Source: Bacilli bacterium
Lineage (GTDB): Bacteria; Bacillota_I; Bacilli_A; RF39; UBA660
Assembly (NCBI GenBank): GCA_017435485.1
Contig: JAFSEY010000001.1
Location: 17,197 to 81,196 of the forward strand
Reading direction: 5' to 3'
DNA length: 64,000 nt
The position numbers and the translations under genes were made by a program. Shown one piece after another: positions 33,527-44,069 of this stretch. The notes under the pieces were generated by a model. That model had not been told where the DNA came from and did no database searches. It saw nothing but the letters and a program-made list of their open reading frames with translations. The first letter of the stretch is position 1. Every line of letters begins with the position of its first letter.

Positions 33527-36248
33527 AAATAATAAATCCTAATCCTGCAAGTATACTAACGATAGTAATAGCAGTTACAACTTTAGAATCAGCAACACTT
33601 GTATTAGGTACTTCAACTATAATTTTTTCATTAGATAATGTATCCTTTATAATAGTTCCGTCCTCAAGTATTTCAAAATAATGTGGCTCATTATTAAGGA
33701 TGTACCCCTCTGGTGCCTGTGATTCAAAATATTTGTATTTTCCATACTTCAAACCTTTAATATAAATTTTTCCGAATTCATCAGTATAATCACTAAATAC
33801 AAGTTCTTCATTCTCATCATAAATTTCAATTAAAGCTCCTGCAATAACTTCACCTGTAGCAATATCGACTTTTGTTAATTCAAAGTCACCTGTAATTTTT
33901 ACATTAGTTAAAGTATCTTTTACTATTTCACCATTTTCTAAAATTTCAAAATAGTGAGCATCAGTATTAAGAACATAAGATTCAGGTGCCTCGATTTCTA
34001 AAAATTTATATTTTCCAAAGCCAAGATCTTTAACATGGATTTTTCCGAACTCATCAGTATAGTCACTAAATACAAGTTCTTCGTTTTCATTATAAATCTC
34101 GATAAGAGCTCCTGCAATAACTTCACCTGTAGAGAAATCAGTTTTTGTTAGTTCAAAATCACTTTTAATCAAATGATTTTTTAATGTGAATTCAATTGAT
34201 ACAATGTCTGTATATTGATCCTTATATTCAATAGAGAAACAATATGGAGTAACATCAATAACATGATTCATTACACTTGAAGTTTCAACTAGGCAATAAT
34301 TTCCTAGATACAAATCGGTTACTTTATATTTTCCATTAATTGTTTTGAATGATTTTATTAAATCTTTATCTTTATAAATTAATGTTCCATCTTGAGAGTA
34401 GATATCACCATCAGCATATAAATCATAAGAAACACCATCAAGTAATATTTTCTCATAACTAAATGTTCCATTTTCAACAACCATTTTTTCGCCAAGTTTA
34501 GTGATTTCAAATTCACCCTTAACTTGTTTATTTTCAAACTGAACTTCAAGCATTACACCAAATTCATCATCATAGATAAAATTACTATTTTCAGTAATAG
34601 AAAATTTTAATGGTGTTGGATTCCAAACATATCCATTAATAGTTTGTTCCTCAAGTTCTTCAATTTGATAATTTCCTGATTCTAGTACATATGGAGTAGT
34701 AAACATACCATCACTAGTTTCAAAAACACAAATTGTTGATTGAGTAGGATATGTAATATTTTGACAAACATATTCGTTTGTATCTAAATTTTTAATTTTA
34801 AACTTAATACCATCTCTTACTAATACTTTTTTTGATTCGCTATCAACTTTAACTACTTTAACTTTAGCAGTTACTTCAGCATTAGAAATTATTTTTGTAG
34901 TTAATTCCTCTGAATTTTCATTGATAACAATTTCAAAATCCTCAACTTTTTCAAAGTTAGGTGTACTAGTAGCTTGATGGACAATGTAAGTACCATAAGG
35001 CAATGTCACTTTTAAGTGACCTTTAGAATTAGTAGTAGCACTTTCATATAATTCCATATTAGATTTTAAGTAGAATTCAAAAGTTACATTTGGCTCTGCT
35101 TTTAAAATAGCAGTAGTACCATCTGCCTCAACTTTATATAATTCAAAATCTTTTTCTATTATTTGTTCATAAACTTTTATAGTAGGATTTAAATCATTGG
35201 CAGTAATTTCAAAATAATATTTAGTAGGATCAAGAGTATATCCCAAACTATTTTTTTCTTCTAATAAATAGAATCTGCCTAGCTTTGGTAGATAATCACT
35301 TTTACCAAGCGAATTCTCACCAATAACTACTTGTCCAACTCTAAAATCAGATTCATCATATACTCCATAGACAGCACCTTTTAACTGACCATCGCCTCTA
35401 GGAACAGGAAGTAAAGTTTTTGAATCTACTTTTTCAACATTTATAGTTCCACCATAAACATTTAATTTAACAATTGTTAAAATAGGATCATTAGCTCCGA
35501 ATAATCCCATTTTTTGAGATTTGCCATCTATTCCAACAAATATAGTAGTGGTACTTGTTTTATATGATTTTCTTGTCAATGAAACTGTGATTTCACCAAC
35601 TGCATTAGGTATTACTGATAAAGTATTACCATTAATAACACTTGTTGCATTATCACTTCTATAAACTTCAAATTCAGATAATATACCACTTGTATCAGTA
35701 AAAGTAACAGCTTGATTAATAACTGCAGTTTTTACTTCACTATGAAATGATGGTTTTTGATAATGAGCATTAACTAATCTCATTATTTCATTTTTTTCTT
35801 TATTTAAGTTAATATAGTCACCATATCCATATTGTTCAGTCCAAAACTCTAATATTTGTCCACCTGTAGTTTCCCAAATAAGAGCTTGAGTTGCCATACG
35901 ATACCTCATTGTATTGTGACCAGGATATTCAAAACCATAGTAACCAATTAATTGTATTTTTTGATTTATTTCATCAGAGTAAGGGGAATTAATAAATCCC
36001 TCTGCTCCAATATAGTTATGGGTAGTTATATCAACACCAGGTTCGATACAATAGACTGTCTTTCCATCCATGTCATAAGTATTGTATTGAGCTGACATAT
36101 AACTTTGTCCTCCACCTCTACGAGTATAATAAGTATCATCGATAGGTGTTTGAACTAATGTAGATGCATGAACATCAGTAAATCCCATTACTAACAAAGT
36201 AAAAACACCAAATATAATTTTTGGTATTAATTTTTGTTTATCTTTCAT
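33504..36248 (-). CDS. Cell-wall-anchored adhesin: Cys-Gln thioester domain + SpaA-like repeats
   Basis: VYCIEPG and TQALIWE; repeated ELTK.D..TGEVIAGA...E..APE.Y.L; sorting signal VPNTS + TM + KKRKK. Confidence 0.85.
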   Translation of the reverse strand: MKDKQKLIPKIIFGVFTLLVMGFTDVHASTLVQTPIDDTYYTRRGGGQSYMSAQYNTYDMDGKTVYCIEPGVDITTHNYIGAEGFINSPYSDEINQKIQLIGYYGFEYPGHNTMRYRMATQALIWETTGGQILEFWTEQYGYGDYINLNKEKNEIMRLVNAHYQKPSFHSEVKTAVINQAVTFTDTSGILSEFEVYRSDNATSVINGNTLSVIPNAVGEITVSLTRKSYKTSTTTIFVGIDGKSQKMGLFGANDPILTIVKLNVYGGTINVEKVDSKTLLPVPRGDGQLKGAVYGVYDESDFRVGQVVIGENSLGKSDYLPKLGRFYLLEEKNSLGYTLDPTKYYFEITANDLNPTIKVYEQIIEKDFELYKVEADGTTAILKAEPNVTFEFYLKSNMELYESATTNSKGHLKVTLPYGTYIVHQATSTPNFEKVEDFEIVINENSEELTTKIISNAEVTAKVKVVKVDSESKKVLVRDGIKFKIKNLDTNEYVCQNITYPTQSTICVFETSDGMFTTPYVLESGNYQIEELEEQTINGYVWNPTPLKFSITENSNFIYDDEFGVMLEVQFENKQVKGEFEITKLGEKMVVENGTFSYEKILLDGVSYDLYADGDIYSQDGTLIYKDKDLIKSFKTINGKYKVTDLYLGNYCLVETSSVMNHVIDVTPYCFSIEYKDQYTDIVSIEFTLKNHLIKSDFELTKTDFSTGEVIAGALIEIYNENEELVFSDYTDEFGKIHVKDLGFGKYKFLEIEAPESYVLNTDAHYFEILENGEIVKDTLTNVKITGDFELTKVDIATGEVIAGALIEIYDENEELVFSDYTDEFGKIYIKGLKYGKYKYFESQAPEGYILNNEPHYFEILEDGTIIKDTLSNEKIIVEVPNTSVADSKVVTAITIVSILAGLGFIIYDKKRKK

Positions 36249-36283
36249 TTTTTCCTCCTTTATTTTTGTATAAAAAAAGCAAT

Positions 36284-36937
36284 CTAATCGATTGCATCTA
36301 AATATTTTGTAGTTCCATCCCAATAATGAACTATCATTCTATAACCAACTAATCGTCCTTTATATGCATAACTAATACAAGATATAACTTTAAAATTTTC
36401 ATCTTCCATATATTCCAAAGTCACATCAAACGATGCATCATAACATTCTTTATCAGTTTTATATTTAATTAAACTTTGTAATCTTTCAAATTCTTGATCT
36501 TCTAGTGAATCAGAAGTTTCTTCTTTTTCTTCCGTAGAATCATTAGAATTGTCAGTAGTTTCATCAACAATAATTTTATCATCACTTTGATTATTATCAA
36601 TAGGTGGAACTTCCTCTTTATTATTACTACTAACATCTTCTTTAATAACTACATCATTTTTATTAGTAGTTTGGTTAGTAGTTTCTTGTTTTTCTGATGT
36701 TGTTTTTTCATCTTCATTATCAACATCATGAATAATTTGTTTTTCTTCATCTTGTGTTTCTAAAATTACATCTTTATCAGATGAAGTATTAATAGAATCA
36801 TTAACAACATTTTCTTTGTTAATAACATCAGTAGTAGGAATATCATTTTTGTTATCCTTAAATACATAAAATATAAAAATACTACAAACTATTAAAATGA
36901 TAAACACAAGAATGAAAGGTAATATCTTTTTCTTCAT
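36284..36937 (-). CDS. Membrane-anchored hypothetical protein with acidic linker
   Basis: N-terminal TM; GGAGG SD. Confidence 0.65.
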   Translation of the reverse strand: MKKKILPFILVFIILIVCSIFIFYVFKDNKNDIPTTDVINKENVVNDSINTSSDKDVILETQDEEKQIIHDVDNEDEKTTSEKQETTNQTTNKNDVVIKEDVSSNNKEEVPPIDNNQSDDKIIVDETTDNSNDSTEEKEETSDSLEDQEFERLQSLIKYKTDKECYDASFDVTLEYMEDENFKVISCISYAYKGRLVGYRMIVHYWDGTTKYLDAID

Positions 36938-36989
36938 AGACATCCCTCCAGTTGTCTGCATTGTACACTATAAATTTAAAAAATGCAAA

Positions 36990-37280
36990 TTAGACATCTA
37001 AATATTGTTTTAAATAATCTAAATCATTAATTAAATTAGATAGATTACATCTTAATTCAACTTTCTTTTTATTTTTATATAATTTGTCTTCCAAATATTT
37101 TATTATGGTTTCTACAAAACAAATATCATTTATATTTTCTTTTAAATAAGTTCTTATATCTTCTTTGTTCCAAAATTCATAATCAAAATAGTGAAAGTAT
37201 TCTAACATATCGTAAATACGATTTATTAAATTTCTACTTCTAACATAGTAGTACCAATTTTTCTTTCTTTTCTTTTTCAC
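36990..37280 (-). CDS. Hypothetical protein
   Basis: GTG start overlapping the upstream stop. Confidence 0.6.
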   Translation of the reverse strand: MKKKRKKNWYYYVRSRNLINRIYDMLEYFHYFDYEFWNKEDIRTYLKENINDICFVETIIKYLEDKLYKNKKKVELRCNLSNLINDLDYLKQYLDV

Positions 37281-37687
37281 TTAAAGCTTAATTCCTCACT
37301 TTCAATAATTAATTCGTCTTTTAGTTCTTCGAGATCAGTATCATCATAATTTACTGCATCATATAAAGTAAGTGAGTCATTAATTACATATGAGTAAATG
37401 GCATCATAAACATATTCTTCTTTATCAATATCTAACTTATTAATTAAAATATGATTAATCAATAAATGTAATCGATATAATAAGTCTTGAACTTTCATAT
37501 AAAAATATTCTAAATCATTCCCATATGTTGATTTATAATTTCTTTTAAATTTATCAAATAATATTTTATTTAAATTACTTTCTAAAATAATACTTTTAAT
37601 CATATCAACATTAGGGATAGGAATGTTTTCAATTTTTCCCTCATCTAGAATATCATTTATATTATTATTAAATACTTCTATGTTCAT
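37277..37687 (-). CDS. Hypothetical protein
   Basis: Coupled to the upstream gene. Confidence 0.6.
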   Translation of the reverse strand: MNIEVFNNNINDILDEGKIENIPIPNVDMIKSIILESNLNKILFDKFKRNYKSTYGNDLEYFYMKVQDLLYRLHLLINHILINKLDIDKEEYVYDAIYSYVINDSLTLYDAVNYDDTDLEELKDELIIESEELSFK

Positions 37688-37926
37688 TATTTAAAATATC
37701 CTAATATCCAAGATACAAATTGAGTAGTGATAAGAGCAGATACACCTGCAATTATTGTTGTTCTTATTTTTCTATCATAACTTGCTTTTTGATTATCATC
37801 GCTAGATGCCATCTTCAAAGCATAATCTTTGGCAACAAAAAAAGCTGTTCCTCCAATGACGAACAACCTTAAGTATCCCATAGCATCATTTATTAATCTT
37901 AATACATCTTGTAAAATATCTTCCAA
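37687..37926 (-). CDS. VirB2/TrbC-like pilin
   Basis: 79 aa, two hydrophobic helices separated by a charged loop, at the head of the T4SS operon. Confidence 0.55.
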   Translation of the reverse strand: MEDILQDVLRLINDAMGYLRLFVIGGTAFFVAKDYALKMASSDDNQKASYDRKIRTTIIAGVSALITTQFVSWILGYFK

Positions 37927-38103
37927 TTAATTCCAAACCTCCAAAATTAATTTATTTTCGATAGAATTTGTGCTATAATTGGTTATACCGAGTGAAATTA
38001 GTGAATTCGAACTTACTAAATAACTTTTTTCTCGGTTTTTATTTTGCAATTTTTTATTTTTTTCATAATCTATAATCATTCCTCCTTAATATTTTATTTA
38101 CTC

Positions 38104-38901
38104 TCAATTGTATTCTAATAATATTTTTAATTGAATGCCATTTTCAAGTCTCTTTTTAATAACTTCACAATACTTGTCAGTAATTTCTATACCAATCCAT
38201 CTGCGACCTAACACTTCGCATCCAAGTAAAGTAGAGCCACTTCCACTCGTAAAATCCAAAACCAATTCACCACTTTTAGTATAAGTAGAGATTAAATATT
38301 CCATTAAATTAACAGGTTTTTGTGTTGGATGATATAATCTCGATTCTCTAGGAAATTGAATAACATTTCTAGGGAAGTTACCGAACTCCTGTAGGTGTTC
38401 TTTTTTTTCTTTATTTTTCTTCTCTGATAAATAATCAATAGCAGAGCGAGAAACTTTAAGATTAACTGAAATAATTCCCTGTGGATAATAACACATATGA
38501 TTATGTGCTTGATGGACTGTGCCACCTTTAGAAAATACCATTACATCTTCATAACAACGAAGTGGTTGATAATTAGCATTTTGAAATCCTGTGACTTGAG
38601 TTTTTACCCATTTCCAATCATAACGATATAGTTTTTCATTACTCATCCTTAAATTACTAGAAAATGGCTCATTTCCAAATAACACAATAGCACCATCATC
38701 TTTAATAAGTTTTAATAACTTATCCCACATTTTATCAAAAGGAATTATTTGATCCCAAGAATAACCTGTGACTGCATAGGGTGGATCCGTTATGATAGCA
38801 TCAACTTTGATGCCTTGCTCAATTAGATAATCCATGACATCTAAACAATCACCTTTATACAATGTCCCATTATTTGTTGAATAGTATGGACTACAAGATA
38901 T
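38104..38901 (-). CDS. Orphan N6-adenine/N4-cytosine DNA methyltransferase (beta class)
   Basis: DPPY, HPTQKP, LDFTSGSGS order; GGAGG + 9 nt + ATA 38901. Confidence 0.9.
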   Translation of the reverse strand: MSCSPYYSTNNGTLYKGDCLDVMDYLIEQGIKVDAIITDPPYAVTGYSWDQIIPFDKMWDKLLKLIKDDGAIVLFGNEPFSSNLRMSNEKLYRYDWKWVKTQVTGFQNANYQPLRCYEDVMVFSKGGTVHQAHNHMCYYPQGIISVNLKVSRSAIDYLSEKKNKEKKEHLQEFGNFPRNVIQFPRESRLYHPTQKPVNLMEYLISTYTKSGELVLDFTSGSGSTLLGCEVLGRRWIGIEITDKYCEVIKKRLENGIQLKILLEYN

Positions 38902-38966
38902 ATTGAATCACCTCCAAACTTTTTATATTTAGTTTTTTGATAACGAGTGAGCTATAAACTCGTAAT

Positions 38967-39419
38967 TCAAAAATAATCAACAAATCTTTCAAATCCTAAT
39001 TTTAAGCAAAATCTTACAATTGCACTTTTTCTGATAGAGTTAATCTTTTGATCATAAGTTACTAACTCATCACATAAATCAAGATTTGTCTTATTTTCTA
39101 GAAATGTAGCAACAAAAACTTTTCTTTCAATTTCATTTAAACAATTAAAAGCATTTTTATATTTAAGCAGTAATTGTTCTTTTTTATCTTCAGTATCATA
39201 TTTCTTAATGATAAAAGATTCGACTTTTGAATTAGTAGGTTTTTTATTACCACCAACTCTAACTTCATAATTAGCAGTATATTTAATGTAATACTCATCT
39301 TTATCAATGATATGTTGAAAATTATCAACAATACTTAAGAAAGCAACAATCATTTTTTTGAATTTCTTAACATCAAATTGTTTAATTATGTAATTAGATA
39401 AAAATTGATTCTTATGCAT
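38967..39419 (-). CDS. ArpU/RinA-like transcriptional regulator
   Basis: FNCLNEIERKVF...FLE...LCDEL....INSIRKSAIVRF sigma-region-4-like tail. Confidence 0.55.
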   Translation of the reverse strand: MHKNQFLSNYIIKQFDVKKFKKMIVAFLSIVDNFQHIIDKDEYYIKYTANYEVRVGGNKKPTNSKVESFIIKKYDTEDKKEQLLLKYKNAFNCLNEIERKVFVATFLENKTNLDLCDELVTYDQKINSIRKSAIVRFCLKLGFERFVDYF

Positions 39420-39460
39420 AGATTCCTCCTTTCATATATACAAAAAGAGAGCGAAAACCA

Positions 39461-39577
39461 TTAGTAATTGATTTTTTGCTCTCTTGATATATCAGAAATT
39501 AAATTAAAAGGGTTGATGAAAGACACATTAAATCTTTCAAGAACAATATCGATAAAAATGTCAACGACAATTCTCAT
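39461..39577 (-). CDS. Putative 38-aa leader peptide overlapping a terminator
   Basis: SD AGGTGG, MRIVVDIFIDIVLERFNVSF...; the 3' end lies within the GAGAGC/GCTCTC hairpin at 39442-39485. Confidence 0.35.
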   Translation of the reverse strand: MRIVVDIFIDIVLERFNVSFINPFNLISDISREQKINY

Positions 39578-39881
39578 ACAAACCACCTCTGAATAAAATT
39601 TGTTTGTGACATATAATAACATCAAACAAATAAAAAAATAACTCCATATTTAAGGACTTAATTGTGGAGTGGATGTATGTCATAGTAGCAATACCTTTGT
39701 CTCTTTCCATACAACTATCACTACTATATCAAATATACCACTTGACAAATCAAAAGGCAAGATGAAAAAAAATCGAAAAAAAATAATAAAAATTATATAC
39801 TAAAAAATAAATAAAAAATCGAAAAAAAATACAAAAAATGAATACAAAATAGTATTCAAGCACCAACCAAACCCTTATAAA

Positions 39882-40136
39882 TTAAGCTTTAACTTTAGGA
39901 ACATAAGAAATTATGTCACTAGAATCACACTCTAGTACAAAGCAAAATTTTGCAACAACATCTGAATCATAACGAGTAATAGTATTATCATAATATTTTT
40001 TTATTACTTCAAATTTTAAACCAGTTAATCTACACAATTGATAAATTGAAACATTCTTTTTCTTCATTACTGCTTTTAAATTAGATTCTATTTTTCCATA
40101 ATCCGTATTCCACAATATTATTTTATCAGTTATCAA
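39882..40136 (-). CDS. Cro/C1-type HTH regulator, paralogue of 25484..25735
   Basis: VSIYQLCRLTGL...RYD..VVAKFC..LEC..SDIISY. Confidence 0.8.
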   Translation of the reverse strand: MITDKIILWNTDYGKIESNLKAVMKKKNVSIYQLCRLTGLKFEVIKKYYDNTITRYDSDVVAKFCFVLECDSSDIISYVPKVKA

Positions 40137-40311
40137 AATATAAGACTCCTTTCCTTTAACAAAAAAAAGAAAGGTAGCATTATAAAAAACATAATACTAC
40201 CTTAAAATTAAATTGTTAAATTCGTTGCATATATACTACTTGCAATCCATATATAATTTTATCACAAAATCAATAAAATGTGTTACGGAAATCCGTTGAT
40301 ATTATAAATTA

Positions 40312-40761
40312 TTAATTAAGTTTTAAAGACATTATAAGATCATCAAACTTAAATCCCATCTTTTTATATATACTAATTGCTTTATCATTGTCTGTTGATA
40401 AACTTAATTCACAAAGATTTTTTTCTTTTGCAAAGGAAATTACTTGTTTTAATAATTTTGTTTGAATTCCTTTACATCTGTATTTTTTATCAGTGTATAC
40501 ATTACATATAAATCCTTGTAATCCATTATCATTGCATTGAGGTAAATATTCTATAATTTGAATACCACAAGTAGCAATAATAATATTATTACTTTCTTCT
40601 ATAAATATAAATAAATCTTTATTTAAATGCTTATTTAAATATTCAATTGTGGTGTTTAACAAATTATATTTATCTTCATATTCATCATCCCAATCATCTT
40701 TTTGTTGTTGAATTCTCAATTTACTTAATTGTTCAATATCTTTTTCACTTGATAAACGCAT
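40312..40761 (-). CDS. GNAT acetyltransferase
   Basis: CNVYT..KYRCKGI..KLL; A.SIYKKMGF. Confidence 0.85.
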   Translation of the reverse strand: MRLSSEKDIEQLSKLRIQQQKDDWDDEYEDKYNLLNTTIEYLNKHLNKDLFIFIEESNNIIIATCGIQIIEYLPQCNDNGLQGFICNVYTDKKYRCKGIQTKLLKQVISFAKEKNLCELSLSTDNDKAISIYKKMGFKFDDLIMSLKLN

Positions 40762-40790
40762 AACAACCTCCATATTTTAAGGAAATATTA

Positions 40791-41354
40791 TTAATTATAC
40801 CATTCCACAATATCTTCTAATTTTTTTCTTGGTCTCGCTGTAGGAAATTGATTTGGATAACCTAAAGATACTGCACAATTTAATTCAAGTTCATTGTGAT
40901 TTAATAGTTTTGCTATATCTTCTGCCACATAGACTGTATCTCTTATCCATAGTGTACCTAATCCAAGTTCAGTCGCTCTTAAACACATATTTTCAACACA
41001 AGCTCCGATAGATAAATTATCTCCAACAATCCAATTATCATTTTTTTCTCTAAATATTAATATTAGTATTGGAGCTTCTTTGATTACATTTGCAGTAGGA
41101 TTAACACTACTATTAAATCCTATTTTTTTCTTTTCTTCAGATAAATTTCTTTTATAAGTATCCTCAATCATCATATCAGCAATTTTATTTTTAACATCAT
41201 CTTTAACAATTACAAAAAACCAAGGTTGTTTGTTTTTTGCTGATGGTGCTAATCTTCCACAATTAAGTATGTCCTCAATTAACCCCTTATTAACATCTTC
41301 TTGTTTAAATGCTCTAATACTTCTTCTTTCTTTTATAGCTTGTAATGTTTCCAT
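40791..41354 (-). CDS. Nitroreductase family protein
   Basis: RRSIRAF, APSAKNKQPWFF, LGLGTLW, RPRK. Confidence 0.9.
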   Translation of the reverse strand: METLQAIKERRSIRAFKQEDVNKGLIEDILNCGRLAPSAKNKQPWFFVIVKDDVKNKIADMMIEDTYKRNLSEEKKKIGFNSSVNPTANVIKEAPILILIFREKNDNWIVGDNLSIGACVENMCLRATELGLGTLWIRDTVYVAEDIAKLLNHNELELNCAVSLGYPNQFPTARPRKKLEDIVEWYN

Positions 41355-41366
41355 ATTAACTCCTTT

Positions 41367-41900
41367 TTAATTATTTATATTATATTCTCTTAAAGCATAA
41401 CTATATGAATCTTCATATCCAGTTTTTATCAATTTAAAACCATAATTTTCATATATATTATTAAGTCTTTCGTTATTCTTTAAACAATCAAGTCTTAATT
41501 TACTCTTATTGTTATTAATAGCAATATTTTTACAAATTTTAATAATAATATTACCAACATTTTTATAATTTACTTTAGTAACCAATTTATAAATGTAATA
41601 TGCATCGGTTAAATCGTCTCGCCAATATTTGCTATTTGTTGATAATTCAAATCCACCAATTATCTTATCATTTTCCTTAATAATAAAGAAATATCCATTT
41701 TCAATAACATCCATAAATTCTTCTTTCGGATGATGTTCTAAATATTTAGACCATTGTTTAATACCTTTTTCTTTAAACCAATTTGTTCTTTCTTTGTACA
41801 AATCTAATAATTTATCTAAATCATTAATGTTACTTTTCGAAAAAGAATAATTTAAACCATTTAATTCTTCTTTTAACTCTTTATTTAATTCATAATTCAT
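41367..41900 (-). CDS. GNAT acetyltransferase
   Basis: LRLDC...NERL..IYENYGF. Confidence 0.8.
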   Translation of the reverse strand: MNYELNKELKEELNGLNYSFSKSNINDLDKLLDLYKERTNWFKEKGIKQWSKYLEHHPKEEFMDVIENGYFFIIKENDKIIGGFELSTNSKYWRDDLTDAYYIYKLVTKVNYKNVGNIIIKICKNIAINNNKSKLRLDCLKNNERLNNIYENYGFKLIKTGYEDSYSYALREYNINN

Positions 41901-41918
41901 ATTTAAAATTCCTAACTT

Positions 41919-42344
41919 TTATTTTAATTTCTTTTTTAAAAAATAATCAATTGTATTAGGTGGGCAATCTTCTATTTGAGCAAAAACTTTATAACCATTT
42001 TTTTCATAAAAGTTTCTTGCTTGAAAATCCCATGTTTCCATTCTAACACCTGTCAAATTTTCTTTATATGCCAAATTTTCTATTTCTTTTATTAATTTAG
42101 TACCTATATTTTGATGTCTATATTCTTCATCAACATATAACAAGTCTAAAAAATACCAATTATATTTTATACACCCAATAGCACCACCAATTAATTTATC
42201 ATTATTAAAAACCAAAAAGTTCATTTCTTTGTCATCAGAGCGATTATTTCTAAACCATTCACATTTACTATCATTAAATTTTATTAATCTATCCAAAATT
42301 TCATCAGCAAATTTCTGTTCATTATTATTTTTAATACTTATCAT
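41919..42344 (-). CDS. GNAT acetyltransferase
   Basis: LYVDEEYRHQNIGTKLI; FQARNFYEKNGY. Confidence 0.88.
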   Translation of the reverse strand: MISIKNNNEQKFADEILDRLIKFNDSKCEWFRNNRSDDKEMNFLVFNNDKLIGGAIGCIKYNWYFLDLLYVDEEYRHQNIGTKLIKEIENLAYKENLTGVRMETWDFQARNFYEKNGYKVFAQIEDCPPNTIDYFLKKKLK

Positions 42345-42365
42345 AATTTAATCTACCTTTCAAAA

Positions 42366-44069
42366 TTATTTTTGTAGTATTTGATAATACTTATTATTTT
42401 CAATTAATTCTTTATGTTTTCCTTTACCAACTAATTTCCCATGATCAATAACTAATATTTCATCAGCAATTTTCATCAATTGTGGCTTATGTGTAATCAT
42501 TATAACAGTGTGATCTTTCTTTAAATCTTTTAATACTTTAACAACTTGTTTAGCAGTATTCGGATCTAACGATGCTGTTACTTCGTCAAATAGTAATATT
42601 TCTGATTTAGATAATAAAGTTCTTGCAAGTGCAATTAGTTGTTTTTGTCCGCCTGATATATCGGTAGCATCTTCTTTTAAGATAGTATTATATCCATTAG
42701 GTAGTGACATTATAAAGTCATGAATTCCAACTCGTTTACAAGCTTCTATTTGTTTCTCTTTATTAGAATCAACTAGACTCAAATTTTCTCTAATACTCAT
42801 ATTAAATATAAAAGGTTTTTGTGTTGATATTGAAACATTAGATGAATATACATCTTTTGAATAATCATAAATGCTTGTTCCATCAATATAAATATTTCCC
42901 TTATCTAATTTATAAAGTCTTAATAATAATCTAAATATTGTAGATTTACCACTACCACTTTTACCGACAATAGCAGTTAAAGAATTACTTTCAATATCAA
43001 AACTTACATTATCTAAAATTAAATTATTTTCATAAGTGAATGATACATTATCAAAAGAAACATTTCCAAATATGTCATCAGTAATATTTTTTCCAAACTC
43101 TAACATATTCTTGTTATCATAATACATAACATTATATAGTCTATCAATTCTAACACTACTATTACAAATCTTATTTATTCTTTCAAAGAAAGAAGTGTTT
43201 TCGTTTTCAATTCTATCAATATAACCAATTACTAAAACTAACATTCCAACTGACATATTACCTTTAGCAATACCTAATATAACAATTATATAAGCAATAA
43301 CTTTTGCTACCATAATAAGAATAGGCAAAACAACTTTACTTCTATCCCAGTATATTCTTTTTAAAAAATATTGTTTTGTCCATGCTTTTTTATTTATTTC
43401 TAAATATTCATTTAATTTACTATGCATATCAAAAGATTTTATTTCTTTAGTGCCATCTAATGTTTGTGCAAACATTTCAACAATTTTGTCTTGTTGTTTT
43501 CTTTGTCCCATTAAATAGTAATCTTTTTTCTTTTGACATTCACTTAATAAATAAAGATATAACAAATTAAATACTAATACAATTATTCCAATATAAATAT
43601 TATTGAATAATAAAATACCAAGTGCTATTAACAAACTAATGAAGTGAGTTATAGCATCCATCATTCTATCAGCAAACATACAAACATCCCAAATGTCATT
43701 CGATGTAGTATTTACTAAATATGATTTAGTTAATTTTTTAGTAAAGTTTTCATCATAAGTAGCAACTTTATCTACAACATTTTCTTGTAATTTTGTATAA
43801 ACATAGTTAGTATTATCACGATAGGCGATATAATTCCAATGATATACTAGATTATAAATCAGATAATTTATACCAAGATATAATAAATTTATGAATGCCT
43901 CCTTATATAGTCCCTGAGTCGCAAAGTCAACTATTTTAGATGTGAATATCGGAAAACCTAAAACAGTAAAACTTCTTAAAAAAGCAGAGAAAAATAGAGC
44001 AAGTAATAATCTTTTATTATTAGCATTTAGTTTGAAATATTTTTTACATATTTTATAATACCTAATCAT
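42366..44069 (-). CDS. ABC exporter, fused TMD-NBD subunit
   Basis: GKSGSGKS, ISGGQKQ, DEVT. Confidence 0.9.
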   Translation of the reverse strand: MIRYYKICKKYFKLNANNKRLLLALFFSAFLRSFTVLGFPIFTSKIVDFATQGLYKEAFINLLYLGINYLIYNLVYHWNYIAYRDNTNYVYTKLQENVVDKVATYDENFTKKLTKSYLVNTTSNDIWDVCMFADRMMDAITHFISLLIALGILLFNNIYIGIIVLVFNLLYLYLLSECQKKKDYYLMGQRKQQDKIVEMFAQTLDGTKEIKSFDMHSKLNEYLEINKKAWTKQYFLKRIYWDRSKVVLPILIMVAKVIAYIIVILGIAKGNMSVGMLVLVIGYIDRIENENTSFFERINKICNSSVRIDRLYNVMYYDNKNMLEFGKNITDDIFGNVSFDNVSFTYENNLILDNVSFDIESNSLTAIVGKSGSGKSTIFRLLLRLYKLDKGNIYIDGTSIYDYSKDVYSSNVSISTQKPFIFNMSIRENLSLVDSNKEKQIEACKRVGIHDFIMSLPNGYNTILKEDATDISGGQKQLIALARTLLSKSEILLFDEVTASLDPNTAKQVVKVLKDLKKDHTVIMITHKPQLMKIADEILVIDHGKLVGKGKHKELIENNKYYQILQK

